Position numbers and translations under genes: made by a program. Shown one piece after another: positions 17,649 through 26,421 of a stretch of 64,000 nucleotides of DNA (within the stretch, counting starts at the first letter, position 1; each line of letters opens with the position of its first letter). The notes under the pieces were generated by a model. The model saw only the letters and a list, made by a program, of their open reading frames with translations. It was not told the origin of the DNA and made no database searches. The DNA is taken from the IMG/VR virus record IMGVR_UViG_3300048620_000016; one strand, written 5' to 3'. The stretch comes from a virus.

Positions 17649-18008
17649 GTGGCCAAGTGCAAAGTCTGTGGCGCGCCTCACCGCGCGTGCATGCCCACCA
17701 CCACGGTGACCCCCGTCGATACCCACATCAACCAAGGAGGTCAGACCGTGGGAACACTCAAGCCCTACGAGGTCGTCGTGCCCGGACGGCGCGGCGGGGT
17801 CACCGCCACGCTGCTGCTGTCCGATGACGACGCCAAGCGTGCCGGCGTGTTCGAGCAGCAGCCCGAGCAGAAGGCCGCACCCAAGCGCACCCGCAGCAAG
17901 GCGCGCACCCCCCGCAACAAGGCGGCCAAACCCGCCGCCGACAAGGCCTCGACGCCCGCCCCCGCGGCGCCCGTCGAGGAAGCAACAGACCCGGACGCGT
18001 CCGAGTAG
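17649..18008 (+). CDS. Small capsid-associated protein with second in-frame start at 17748
   Basis: GTG 17649 and aaggaggtcagaccGTG at 17748; K/A/P-rich tail. Confidence 0.65.
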   Translation: MAKCKVCGAPHRACMPTTTVTPVDTHINQGGQTVGTLKPYEVVVPGRRGGVTATLLLSDDDAKRAGVFEQQPEQKAAPKRTRSKARTPRNKAAKPAADKASTPAPAAPVEEATDPDASE

Positions 18009-18016
18009 CAGAGGAG

Positions 18017-18574
18017 GTGGTGATCGTGCCCAGCATCACCGACCCGTTCGCAACCGCACAGCGAATGGAAGAGCGCTCACAGGGCGCGATCACCACCACC
18101 ACTCACCCCTACCTGCACCGCGAGCTCGCCTCCGCAACGCAGGACATCCGCGACTACTGCCGCTGGCACATCGCCCCGCGGCTCCCGACCACCTTCCGAC
18201 GCCGCGGCCGCAACGCCGGAGAGATCTGGCTCCCCGCCATGCAGATCCACTCCATCGACGCGGTCACCCTCGACGGCCGCACCCTCGACCCGGCAGCGCT
18301 CGCCGCTGTCGACTTCGACCCAGACACCGGCTGGACGAGCCTGTGTGGCCGCGTCGCGGCCGTGACGTTCACCTCTGGGCACGACGTCGTCCCCGCCAAC
18401 ATCGAGACGATCACGCTCGAGCTCGCGGCCGCGGCGCTGGGAACCTCGCTCGGCTACACCCGTGAGCAGGCAGGCTCGGTATCGGTCAGCTTCGACCGCG
18501 CGGGCGGCGGCATCGACGAAGACTCGCCGACCGCGCGTCGCCTCACGGCGTACCGCATCGGCAGGCTCCCGTGA
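18017..18574 (+). CDS. Head-to-tail adaptor/connector
   Basis: IRDYCRWHIAP, FTSGHDVVP, EQAGSVSVSF; position. Confidence 0.8.
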   Translation: MVIVPSITDPFATAQRMEERSQGAITTTTHPYLHRELASATQDIRDYCRWHIAPRLPTTFRRRGRNAGEIWLPAMQIHSIDAVTLDGRTLDPAALAAVDFDPDTGWTSLCGRVAAVTFTSGHDVVPANIETITLELAAAALGTSLGYTREQAGSVSVSFDRAGGGIDEDSPTARRLTAYRIGRLP

Positions 18575-18912
18575 TCGGCGGCGCCGTCGCACGACACCGC
18601 ATCGACGTGATCCGTGCGCCCCTCGTCGACGACGGACGCGGCAACAAGGAACGCGACTGGGCCAACGCCACAGAGCGCGGCCTGACAGGCTGGGCGATCG
18701 ACGCCGGATCGACCACCGAGGACGAGGTCAACCGGGACGGCTCCGCTGTCGAGTACACGATCCGGGGCCCCTTCGCCGCAGACATCGCCGCGAGCGACCA
18801 CGTGCGCCTGCTCGGCGCCGTGTTCGAAATCACCGGCGGCATCCTCCGCCAGCCGGGCCCGAGCCCGCTCACCAGCCACACGATCATCCGACTCACTCGC
18901 TGGGAGGGCTGA
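18571..18912 (+). CDS. Head-to-tail stopper
   Basis: DDGRGNKERDW; position and coupling. Confidence 0.75.
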   Translation: MIGGAVARHRIDVIRAPLVDDGRGNKERDWANATERGLTGWAIDAGSTTEDEVNRDGSAVEYTIRGPFAADIAASDHVRLLGAVFEITGGILRQPGPSPLTSHTIIRLTRWEG

Positions 18913-19169
18913 TGGCCGCCAAGAGCATCCGCATAGCGCTGAACCCGCGAGGGGTCCGTGCGCTGCTGCAGTCGCCCGAGATCACCGAAGACCTCGAACG
19001 GCGCGGCGAAGCGATCGCCACCGCAGCCGGCGGCGCCCCCGACTTCGAGGTGCGCGCCGACCGCAACCGCGACCGCACTGTGGTGTTCGTCACTGCCGCA
19101 ACCTTCGATGGCCGCAACGCCGAGTCCGAGGACCGCGCCCTGACCCGGGCGATCGACGCGGGGAGGTGA
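18912..19169 (+). CDS. Tail completion / neck protein
   Basis: IALNPRGVRALLQSPE...ALTRAIDAGR; TGATG coupling. Confidence 0.75.
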   Translation: MAAKSIRIALNPRGVRALLQSPEITEDLERRGEAIATAAGGAPDFEVRADRNRDRTVVFVTAATFDGRNAESEDRALTRAIDAGR

Positions 19170-19588
19170 TTGTGGTCGAGCTGCTGATCCCCTCCGACGT
19201 CGAGGTCGCTGTCGTGACCGAGCTCAACGCGCGGATGCCGGACCGTGACTTCCCGGGGGCGTGGGGGACACGCATCCCGAACGATCGGGCAGAACGTAGC
19301 GAGTTCGGGCGCGTGCTGGCCGCTGGCGGTTCGGAGCGTGACCTGGTGACTGACTCACCCACCGTCGTCATCGAAGCGTTCAGCGACCGTGAGGGTCGCG
19401 CGCAGCGCATGTGTGCGGTCGCCGTCGCGGTCGTCCAGGCTGCGGTGCGCGGCGGCGCGCTCGGTGGCGTCACCGCCTATCGGGCGCGCGTGATGTCGCT
19501 GCCGCAGAACCTCCCCATGCTTTCGGTGCCTGGCCGCTTCCGGTTCACCGCCACGCTCTCCGTCGACCTGCGCAGGTCGTCGGTCTAG
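19166..19588 (+). CDS. Tail terminator protein
   Basis: AGGSERDLVTDSPTVVIEAF...RFRFTATL; precedes major tail gene. Confidence 0.75.
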   Translation: MIVVELLIPSDVEVAVVTELNARMPDRDFPGAWGTRIPNDRAERSEFGRVLAAGGSERDLVTDSPTVVIEAFSDREGRAQRMCAVAVAVVQAAVRGGALGGVTAYRARVMSLPQNLPMLSVPGRFRFTATLSVDLRRSSV

Positions 19589-19603
19589 GTTCCCCAACCT
19601 CCG

Positions 19604-19625
19604 CACCGCCCGGTCACGGGCGGTG
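19604..19625 (+). terminator. Hairpin upstream of major tail gene
   Basis: caccgcccg-gtca-cgggcggtg perfect 9-bp stem. Confidence 0.45.
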
Positions 19626-19652
19626 TTCCTCGTTGCCTGAAAGGGGCACAGC

Positions 19653-20237
19653 ATGACAGTTACGCAGGACGACGTCTTCGTCGGCGCCCCGGATCAGCAG
19701 GTCACCGGCGCGATCCTCACCGGCCCGGAGACCGACACCATCCCGACCACGATCGACGACTTTGTCGAGACCGGCCTCGCCAATTCGGGGTACGTCGGTG
19801 AGGACGGGGTGACGATCACCCCCACCGAGTCGACGGAGTCGATCAAGGACTGGTCGCTGAAGGTGATCCGCAAGATCCTCACCGAGTTCGATTCGACGAT
19901 CGCGTGGGCTCACCTGGCGCTCGACGAGTTCAGCCTGAAGAACTACATGGGCGACGACAACGTCGAGGTGACCCCGGCGACCGTCGCGCACGGCACTCAG
20001 ACTCGCGCGGCGATCGCCGGCGAGATGCGACCGGTGAAGGCCTGGTACTTCAAGATCAAGGACGGCGCTCGCCGGGCCCTGATCATGGTGCCGCACGGCC
20101 AGGTCACCGAACGCGGCGAGATCGCTCTGCTCGCATCGGCCGCGATCACGCTGCCGGTGACGCTGACGACCTACCCGGACGCCGCCGGGAAGAACATCTA
20201 CATCTTCCTCGACGACGGCAAGGTCGCATCCGCCTGA
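19653..20237 (+). CDS. Major tail protein
   Basis: GYVGEDGVTITP, IKDW, VPHGQVTERGEI, LPVTLTTYPD. Confidence 0.92.
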   Translation: MTVTQDDVFVGAPDQQVTGAILTGPETDTIPTTIDDFVETGLANSGYVGEDGVTITPTESTESIKDWSLKVIRKILTEFDSTIAWAHLALDEFSLKNYMGDDNVEVTPATVAHGTQTRAAIAGEMRPVKAWYFKIKDGARRALIMVPHGQVTERGEIALLASAAITLPVTLTTYPDAAGKNIYIFLDDGKVASA

Positions 20238-20249
20238 GTCGTTTCGACC

Positions 20250-20286
20250 GTCGCGGCTGGGTGATGGGAACCCACCCAGCCGCGAC
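20250..20286 (+). terminator. 14-bp perfect hairpin after major tail gene
   Basis: gtcgcggctgggtg / cacccagccgcgac with 9-nt loop; no U-tract. Confidence 0.55.
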
Positions 20287-20326
20287 GCCACACCATCCCG
20301 GTTCCCCACGTTGAGAGGTTCCCAAG

Positions 20327-20596
20327 ATGACCGCAGAGAAGTTCCACTACCCGCTGCCCGACGGTAGTGAGCTCGTGATCCCGAAGTACAAGCACGTGCC
20401 CTCCGGCGTGGCCCGCAAGGCCCGCCGCGAGGATGCCGGCAACCAGATCTGGACGTTCCTCGAGGCGGTGTGCGAGCCGGAGCAGATCGAACAGCTCGAC
20501 GGCCTCGACATCGGCGACTTCGCGAAGTTCGCGCACGAGTGGCAGAAGGACTCCGCTGTGAAGCCGGGGGAATCTTTGGCCTCCTCGATCTCGTAG
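20327..20596 (+). CDS. Tail assembly chaperone (G)
   Basis: Between major tail and tape measure genes; ends just after GGGGGAA. Confidence 0.9.
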   Translation: MTAEKFHYPLPDGSELVIPKYKHVPSGVARKARREDAGNQIWTFLEAVCEPEQIEQLDGLDIGDFAKFAHEWQKDSAVKPGESLASSIS

Positions 20597-20958
20597 ACGA
20601 GCATCGGGAGGCGATCGAGTTCGAGCTGATCCAGATCGGTCGGGATCTGGATCAGCTCGGCACGCCCGCGCTGTCATGGCGAGATCTCTACGTGTTGGTC
20701 CGGCGATGGCAGAAGACCCCCGGCAACGCGTTCGCGGAGTCCGTGCATGGGCACGCGGTCCCGTCGTGGTCGGAGCAGGTCCTCGCGCTGATCGTCGACG
20801 CGCTGCACGGCATCGCGTTCATCCTCAAGCGCGGCAAGGGGCAGCGCCCCAAGCGTCTGCAGCGGTGGTGGGAGAAGCGGAGAGTGCAGCGATTCGGCCG
20901 GGAGCCGATCGCGCTGTCGCAGTTCGACGCCTGGTGGAGGTCTGCCGGCAAGAAGTGA
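20566..20958 (+). CDS. Tail assembly chaperone -1 frameshift extension (GT)
   Basis: Slippery GGGGGAA at 20566-20572; the -1 frame continues GIFGLLDLVDEHREAIEFEL. Confidence 0.88.
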   Translation, partial: GGIFGLLDLVDEHREAIEFELIQIGRDLDQLGTPALSWRDLYVLVRRWQKTPGNAFAESVHGHAVPSWSEQVLALIVDALHGIAFILKRGKGQRPKRLQRWWEKRRVQRFGREPIALSQFDAWWRSAGKK

Positions 20959-20971
20959 GCGGGGGTGGCCG

Positions 20972-22948
20972 GTGTCAAGTTCCGGTGTCGAGCTCGCCAC
21001 AGTCTGGGTGCGGATGGTCCCCACCCTCGAGGGCGTCGAGGGTCACATCACGCAGGCGTTCGCGCCCGCCGAGCGGGAGGCAGCCGACTCCGGAAAGAAG
21101 TCGGGCGCCGCCTGGTCCTCCTCACTCAAGGGCGCGATCGGTGTCGCAGCGGTCGGCGCTGCAGTCGTCGCAGGATTCAAGGGCCTGTACGAGGTCGGCG
21201 CGGTCTTCGATGACGTCACCGACACCATCCGGACCGGAACCGGCCTGCAGGGGGAGGCGCTCGACGGTCTCGTCGACGTCGCCAAGCAGGTCGGCAACCA
21301 GGTGCCGGCGCAGTTCGACCAGATCGGGACGACCGTCGCCGACCTCAACACCCGCCTGGGGCTCAGTGGCGACACCCTCACCACCGTTGCATCGCAGTAC
21401 CTCGAGGCGGGCCGCATCCTCGGCGAAGAGGTCGACGTCAAGAAGACGTCGGCCGCGTTCTCCGCCTTCCGCATCGAGGGCGACGAGGTCGCCGGCGCCA
21501 TGGACACCCTGTTCCAGGTGTCGCAGGCCACCGGCGTCGGGATGAACGACCTCGCGTCAGGCGTGCAGCGCACAGCCCCCGCGCTGCAGGCGCTCGGGTT
21601 CGGCTTCGAGGATTCGGTTGCGCTGCTCGGCTCGCTCGACAAGGCCGGCCTCAACTCGCAGCAGATGATGGGCGCGCTCTCCAAGGGGCTCGTGACCCTC
21701 GCGAAGGATGGCGAGGAACCGCAGGCCGCGTTCCAGCGCGTCACCGGTGAGCTGCAGGGCTTCATCGATGAAGGCGACAAGGCCGGCGCACTGAACCTGG
21801 CATCGAAGATCTTCGGCACGCGCGGCGCCAGCCAGTTCGTGGGCGCGATCGAGTCGGGCGTGCTCAGCATGGACGACCTGATGGCGGCTACGGGCGCCAC
21901 AGGCGACACCATCCTGGGTGTCGGTGCGGAGACCGCTGACGCGGCCGAGCAGTGGCAGGTGCTCAAGAACAAGGCGCTCACCGCGCTCGAGCCGATCGGC
22001 ACCGCACTGTTCACTGCGCTCGGTGACGGGCTCGGGTTCATCAACCAGCTGCTCGACGGCGCCGACTTCTCGATGTTCGGAGAGCTGCTCGGCTACCTGT
22101 CGCCGCTCGGGATCATCTTCAAGGCGCTGCAGCCGCTCCTGCCGGAGATCATGGCGACCCTCGGCCCTGCGTTGCAGCAGGTGATGGCGGCTATGCTGCC
22201 GGTTCTGCAGACGGTCGTGGGCACGTTCTCCGAGCTGCTCGCTTCCGTGCTCCCACCGCTGTTGCCGATCATCACCATGCTCGCCGACCTGATCGGTCAG
22301 GTGCTCCTGGCGGTGACCCCGTTGCTGCCCCCGCTGATCCAGTTGGTGTCGGCGATCTTCCCGATCCTCGCCTCGGTCGTCTCGGCGCTCATGCCGGTAT
22401 TCCAGGGCGTGGTGAACATGCTGTCGACGATCCTGATCCCCGTCGTGGAGATGCTTGTCGATGTGCTCGGCGGCGTCGTCGAGTTCCTCACCGGGGTGTT
22501 CACCGGCGACTGGGAGAAGGCGTGGAACGGGATCCTCTCGATCTTCGAGGGGATCTGGAACGGCCTCGGTGACGTGTTCATCGGCGTGCTCAACGGCGTT
22601 ATCGACCTCATTAACGGTTTCCTCGGCGGACTGAACGAGGTCGGCAATTGGGTCTCGGACATGACCGGCGGCGCGATCGACATCAACTTCGGTCAGATCC
22701 CGCACCTCGCGGAGGGTGCCACCATCCTCCCTCGCCGGGGTGGGACCCTCGCTGTGCTCGCCGAGGCCGGCCGCGCAGAGACGGTCGTCGACACGGGCCT
22801 GCTCAATCGGGCGCTCGAGGAGGGTCTCGACGGTGCAGGACGGGGCGGGAATGTACAGGTCGATGTCCATCCCGCAGCAGGCATGGATGAGGTCACGATC
22901 GGCAAGATCGCAGCGTCGGAGATCGACTGGGAAATGAGGAGGGGCTGA
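20972..22948 (+). CDS. Tape measure protein
   Basis: ELATVWVRMVP start, TP901-like segment, periodic amphipathic repeats, IPHLAEGA C-terminus. Confidence 0.95.
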   Translation: MSSSGVELATVWVRMVPTLEGVEGHITQAFAPAEREAADSGKKSGAAWSSSLKGAIGVAAVGAAVVAGFKGLYEVGAVFDDVTDTIRTGTGLQGEALDGLVDVAKQVGNQVPAQFDQIGTTVADLNTRLGLSGDTLTTVASQYLEAGRILGEEVDVKKTSAAFSAFRIEGDEVAGAMDTLFQVSQATGVGMNDLASGVQRTAPALQALGFGFEDSVALLGSLDKAGLNSQQMMGALSKGLVTLAKDGEEPQAAFQRVTGELQGFIDEGDKAGALNLASKIFGTRGASQFVGAIESGVLSMDDLMAATGATGDTILGVGAETADAAEQWQVLKNKALTALEPIGTALFTALGDGLGFINQLLDGADFSMFGELLGYLSPLGIIFKALQPLLPEIMATLGPALQQVMAAMLPVLQTVVGTFSELLASVLPPLLPIITMLADLIGQVLLAVTPLLPPLIQLVSAIFPILASVVSALMPVFQGVVNMLSTILIPVVEMLVDVLGGVVEFLTGVFTGDWEKAWNGILSIFEGIWNGLGDVFIGVLNGVIDLINGFLGGLNEVGNWVSDMTGGAIDINFGQIPHLAEGATILPRRGGTLAVLAEAGRAETVVDTGLLNRALEEGLDGAGRGGNVQVDVHPAAGMDEVTIGKIAASEIDWEMRRG

Positions 22949-23715
22949 TGCGGCGCCGAGTCACCATCGACGGGTTGATCTTCGACGGCGTCGCCCGCTA
23001 CGGCGCGACCGGGTGCTACCTGATCGGGCCCGACGGGCTGACGGGCTGGGACGATGGCCCAGAGTCCCGCCGCACCGAGGTGCCGCGACCCGTCGCCTAT
23101 GGCTCTTTCGATGCTCCCGAGTTCCTGTCATCCCGCGTCTACGTGATCACCGGCACGTTGCTGGCCTCCACCCCACAAGAGCTGCGGGTGATGAAAGACA
23201 GGCTCAAAGGGGTGCTGAACGGCGCTCGCCGCGGCAAGCTCACCGTGGAGGACGACCTCGGCACACGGTGGGCGTGGGTGCGCCGCGCCGGCACACCTCG
23301 AGTGGCGGAGAAGGGGATGACGGCGACCGCCGCTGAGTTCTCGGTCACCTTCTGGGCTCCGGATCCTTGGCAGTACGGCCAGTACCGTGAGTTCACCAAC
23401 TCGCCCGCTCAGGTGCTGCAGCGCGGCAACGAGCATGCCGTTCCGATCGTCGACGTCGAGGGCAACATGCCAACCGGCTACACCATCTCGTCGCAGGGCA
23501 AGCAGTACATCGTCAGCCAGCCTCTTCTCACCGGCCAGACGCACCGGATCGACATGCGCACCGGGTGGCTGTACCGGAACGGCAGCCTGCAGTCCTCGGC
23601 GGTCGAGAAGGTCGAGACGTTCACGATCCCGCCGAACAAGCTGACGCCGGTCGGGCTCACTCCGGCCTCTGGCCTCGGGATGCTGTGGGTGAAGCTGCAC
23701 GACACGTTTGTGTGA
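22948..23715 (+). CDS. Distal tail (Dit-like) protein
   Basis: GLTGWDDG, FSVTFWAPDPWQYG; follows tape measure. Confidence 0.8.
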   Translation: MRRRVTIDGLIFDGVARYGATGCYLIGPDGLTGWDDGPESRRTEVPRPVAYGSFDAPEFLSSRVYVITGTLLASTPQELRVMKDRLKGVLNGARRGKLTVEDDLGTRWAWVRRAGTPRVAEKGMTATAAEFSVTFWAPDPWQYGQYREFTNSPAQVLQRGNEHAVPIVDVEGNMPTGYTISSQGKQYIVSQPLLTGQTHRIDMRTGWLYRNGSLQSSAVEKVETFTIPPNKLTPVGLTPASGLGMLWVKLHDTFV

Positions 23716-23727
23716 GAGGAGGTTGCT

Positions 23728-24810
23728 GTGTTCCGCACCATGGTGTTTGACACGGTCACAGGCGCGCCGCAGCTGACGGTGCACCCCACCGCCGCGACCT
23801 GGGGAGCGAAGCTCGACGGCGGGGCGCAGGGCTCGTGCACGATCCCGCTGCGCGGCTTCGGCACCCTCCCGCGCGGCTTCGCCCGCAACCTCCTGCTCGT
23901 GAACGCGCGGATGATCGCCCACATCGACGAGAACGACACAGTCATCGCGGCGGGGGTAATCCTCCGAACGGTCTACAACCGCGATACGGGCGCCGTCACT
24001 GCGAACTGGGTGGACATCCGTGAGCTCTTCCGCCAACGTCTCCCGTTCGGTGTGCTCTCGTGGGGTCCATCGGGAACGCTCAACGTCGAGGATCGAACCT
24101 ACGCGGGAGCGGTTCGCGCCATCCTCTACCGCGGCATGGGATCGGGGGACCAGCCGGCATGGGATCTTCCGATTGCGCTGCCGCCCGATGAGGGCCCAGG
24201 ATCATTCACCAAGAAGTGGAACTACTACGATGTGCCGATCATCGACGACATGCTGCGGGAGGTCGAGAAGGAAGGCATCGAAATCTACTTCGATCCGTAC
24301 ATCGCCAGCAACGGTCACCTCCGTTTCGCTACCCGCGTCGGCCGCCGAATCGCGCTCGGTGATCCGCTCGACCTGCCGGCTACGACGCCTGAGACCCGAG
24401 TGTCCGGCCTCACTGTCACCATCGACGGCTCGAAGCAGTTGACCGGGGTATTCGTAGTGGGCACAGGCACCGAAGCGGATACGAAGGTCGCGGGCGCTGG
24501 TCATGGGCCATACGACATCCCCGTTCGCGACGCGCGCCGCGCCGCCAAGGACGTGAAGTCGACGACGCGTCTGCAGCGTATCGCCGATGCGGCGCTCGAG
24601 GACAACTTCGATTACATCGTGCAGCGCTCCTACGGCGTGCGTCTGGGCTCCCCGGTGAATGCCGGCCACGTGAAGCCTGGCCACCTTCTTCGGATGGACG
24701 TGCAGGGCGACGACTGGCTCGCTGACCTCCGAACCACCCAGCGTGTCCTCAGCGTCTCTGGGGACCTCACCGAGAACGTGAAAGTCGAGTCGCAGTCCTA
24801 TGGCGGATGA
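23728..24810 (+). CDS. Minor tail / baseplate hub protein
   Basis: Siphoviral minor tail pattern; position. Confidence 0.75.
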   Translation: MFRTMVFDTVTGAPQLTVHPTAATWGAKLDGGAQGSCTIPLRGFGTLPRGFARNLLLVNARMIAHIDENDTVIAAGVILRTVYNRDTGAVTANWVDIRELFRQRLPFGVLSWGPSGTLNVEDRTYAGAVRAILYRGMGSGDQPAWDLPIALPPDEGPGSFTKKWNYYDVPIIDDMLREVEKEGIEIYFDPYIASNGHLRFATRVGRRIALGDPLDLPATTPETRVSGLTVTIDGSKQLTGVFVVGTGTEADTKVAGAGHGPYDIPVRDARRAAKDVKSTTRLQRIADAALEDNFDYIVQRSYGVRLGSPVNAGHVKPGHLLRMDVQGDDWLADLRTTQRVLSVSGDLTENVKVESQSYGG

Positions 24811-25417
24811 CCTCAGTTCCAACCCGCAGTTCCGTGACCTTATGGATCGCGTGTCGAGCCTCGAGCGGGGGACGCCGCTCTACTCGGCCTCCGTGACCGA
24901 AGGCGAGCTGCGATTCATCGGCGGAAAGCTCCGTATTGAGTCAGGCGGTCGCATGGAGATCGAGGGCACGCTCGAGGTCAATGGCACCACCACGGTCACG
25001 GGAACCTTCAACGTCGCCGGCCCGTGGGAGCTCGAGGGGAACGGGGAGATCACCGGCGATGTCGACCTCAGCGGTGACATGGACGTCACGGGCGACATCG
25101 AGGTGCTCTCTGGCGGCCGGATCAAGATCGGCAACATCATTCTCAACCCCACCGACGAAGGCGGATCTCTCGACTTCGGCGGCGGCAAGAAGGTCCACGC
25201 AGGGTCCGGGTTCCTCGGGCTCTACAACGGATCCTCGTTCATCGCGTTCAACTCATCCGGCGTCGGGATGGGCGGCGCTTCGGGACCAGTGCTGAACATT
25301 GGACCGAGCGGTCTGCAGATCAGCAACCTGCCCACCCGGACTGCCACGGAGACAGGCCTGGGCCCGGGCGCACTCTTCTACCAAGCGGGATTCATCTACA
25401 GAGTCGTCCCCGGCTAG
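24800..25417 (+). CDS. Minor tail protein with Gly-rich beta repeats
   Basis: DLMDRVSSLERGTPL then G-x-V-x-I repeats. Confidence 0.7.
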   Translation: MADDLSSNPQFRDLMDRVSSLERGTPLYSASVTEGELRFIGGKLRIESGGRMEIEGTLEVNGTTTVTGTFNVAGPWELEGNGEITGDVDLSGDMDVTGDIEVLSGGRIKIGNIILNPTDEGGSLDFGGGKKVHAGSGFLGLYNGSSFIAFNSSGVGMGGASGPVLNIGPSGLQISNLPTRTATETGLGPGALFYQAGFIYRVVPG

Positions 25418-25833
25418 GGGCAGAGGTTCAAGCGTGCTGCGGTGATGATCGCGCTGCTGTCGAGGTAATAGCCTCCGACATTCGGCTCCTCGCCCTCGAT
25501 GAGGACCATGGTCTCTCCAGACTCACCCGATGCGAGCCGATCACAGGCATCCTGACCAGCGGCGAGCAGCTGCTCGTCGGTCGCGTTCGGGATCTGAGTG
25601 CGGAACGCAGTCTGCCGCTCGCGGACCGCGGCGAGGAAAGCCTCATCATCGGCGTCCGCTGCGGGGCTCTCGGCAACGAGGGGTGGCGGCGTGCTCTCCA
25701 TCGTCTCTGGCGCGGCCGCTGAGGCGGCTGGAGCGCTCGCGGTGGGGGCGACGGTGGGGTCGGGGCCTGAGCAGCCAGTGAGAGCTAGGACGGCCAGTAT
25801 CGCGGCGGTGACGCCGAATGTAATCTTGGGCAC
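25414..25833 (-). CDS. DUF732-like lipoprotein (antisense moron)
   Basis: RBS gggaggtcatcGTG; lipobox LTGC; DDEAFLAAVR...AGQDACDRL..G...AARLNLCP. Confidence 0.8.
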   Translation of the reverse strand: MPKITFGVTAAILAVLALTGCSGPDPTVAPTASAPAASAAAPETMESTPPPLVAESPAADADDEAFLAAVRERQTAFRTQIPNATDEQLLAAGQDACDRLASGESGETMVLIEGEEPNVGGYYLDSSAIITAARLNLCP

Positions 25834-25860
25834 GATGACCTCCCTGTAGGTCGTCTCTGG

Positions 25861-25886
25861 CCCGGACGAGTGACCGCTCGTTCGGG
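25861..25886. terminator. Hairpin upstream of lipoprotein gene
   Basis: cccggacgag / ctcgttcggg, one G-U wobble. Confidence 0.4.
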
Positions 25887-25946
25887 CCTTCTCTGTGCCC
25901 GTCACGTTAGCGCACTCCCGCGTGCGGGGGACAGAGGAGGGGCCGG

Positions 25947-26402
25947 ATGAGCTCGTACACCTATACCGGCACACTCACCGACATCGGGCTGGGTGTTCTG
26001 GCGGGGTCGTCGCCGGTGATGCGGGTGCGTCCGGCGGTGGAAGCGTTCGGTCCCGATGGGATCGTGTCGGCGGTGCCGGTTCCCGTCGCCGTTGATCCAG
26101 GATCCGGGGTCTTCTCGATGTTGCTCTACCCGTCGGGTGAACTCCGCCCCGCGATGGGCGGGGCGGTTGGCGTCGATTACGTCATCGAGGTTGGCCGGTT
26201 CGAGGGCACGATCGATGGCCTTGTGTTCAGCAGCATCGACGTTTGGAAGTTCACTGCTGCGGCGGGTGGGGGAAACGTCGGCGAGATGGCGGGCGGTTCG
26301 CTGCTGGCTGTGTGGGTGGGTCCGCCGTGGCCGCCAGCCCCGTTGCCGGCAGGGCTGTACATCGACATCACACCACCGAACGCGTTCGGAATCGTTTCTT
26401 GA
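25947..26402 (+). CDS. Putative tail-fibre-associated protein
   Basis: RBS gaggaggggccggATG; beta-rich; precedes fibre gene. Confidence 0.65.
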   Translation: MSSYTYTGTLTDIGLGVLAGSSPVMRVRPAVEAFGPDGIVSAVPVPVAVDPGSGVFSMLLYPSGELRPAMGGAVGVDYVIEVGRFEGTIDGLVFSSIDVWKFTAAAGGGNVGEMAGGSLLAVWVGPPWPPAPLPAGLYIDITPPNAFGIVS

Positions 26403-26421
26403 CTCGAAGGGGGATTGCGCA

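Noticed and set aside
11000-23000. Long minus-strand ORFs over the head and tail genes (e.g. 11619-13103, 16027-17625, 21557-22870)
   Set aside because: Shadow frames of high-GC coding sequence; no RBS or domain motifs, and they overlap well-supported genes.
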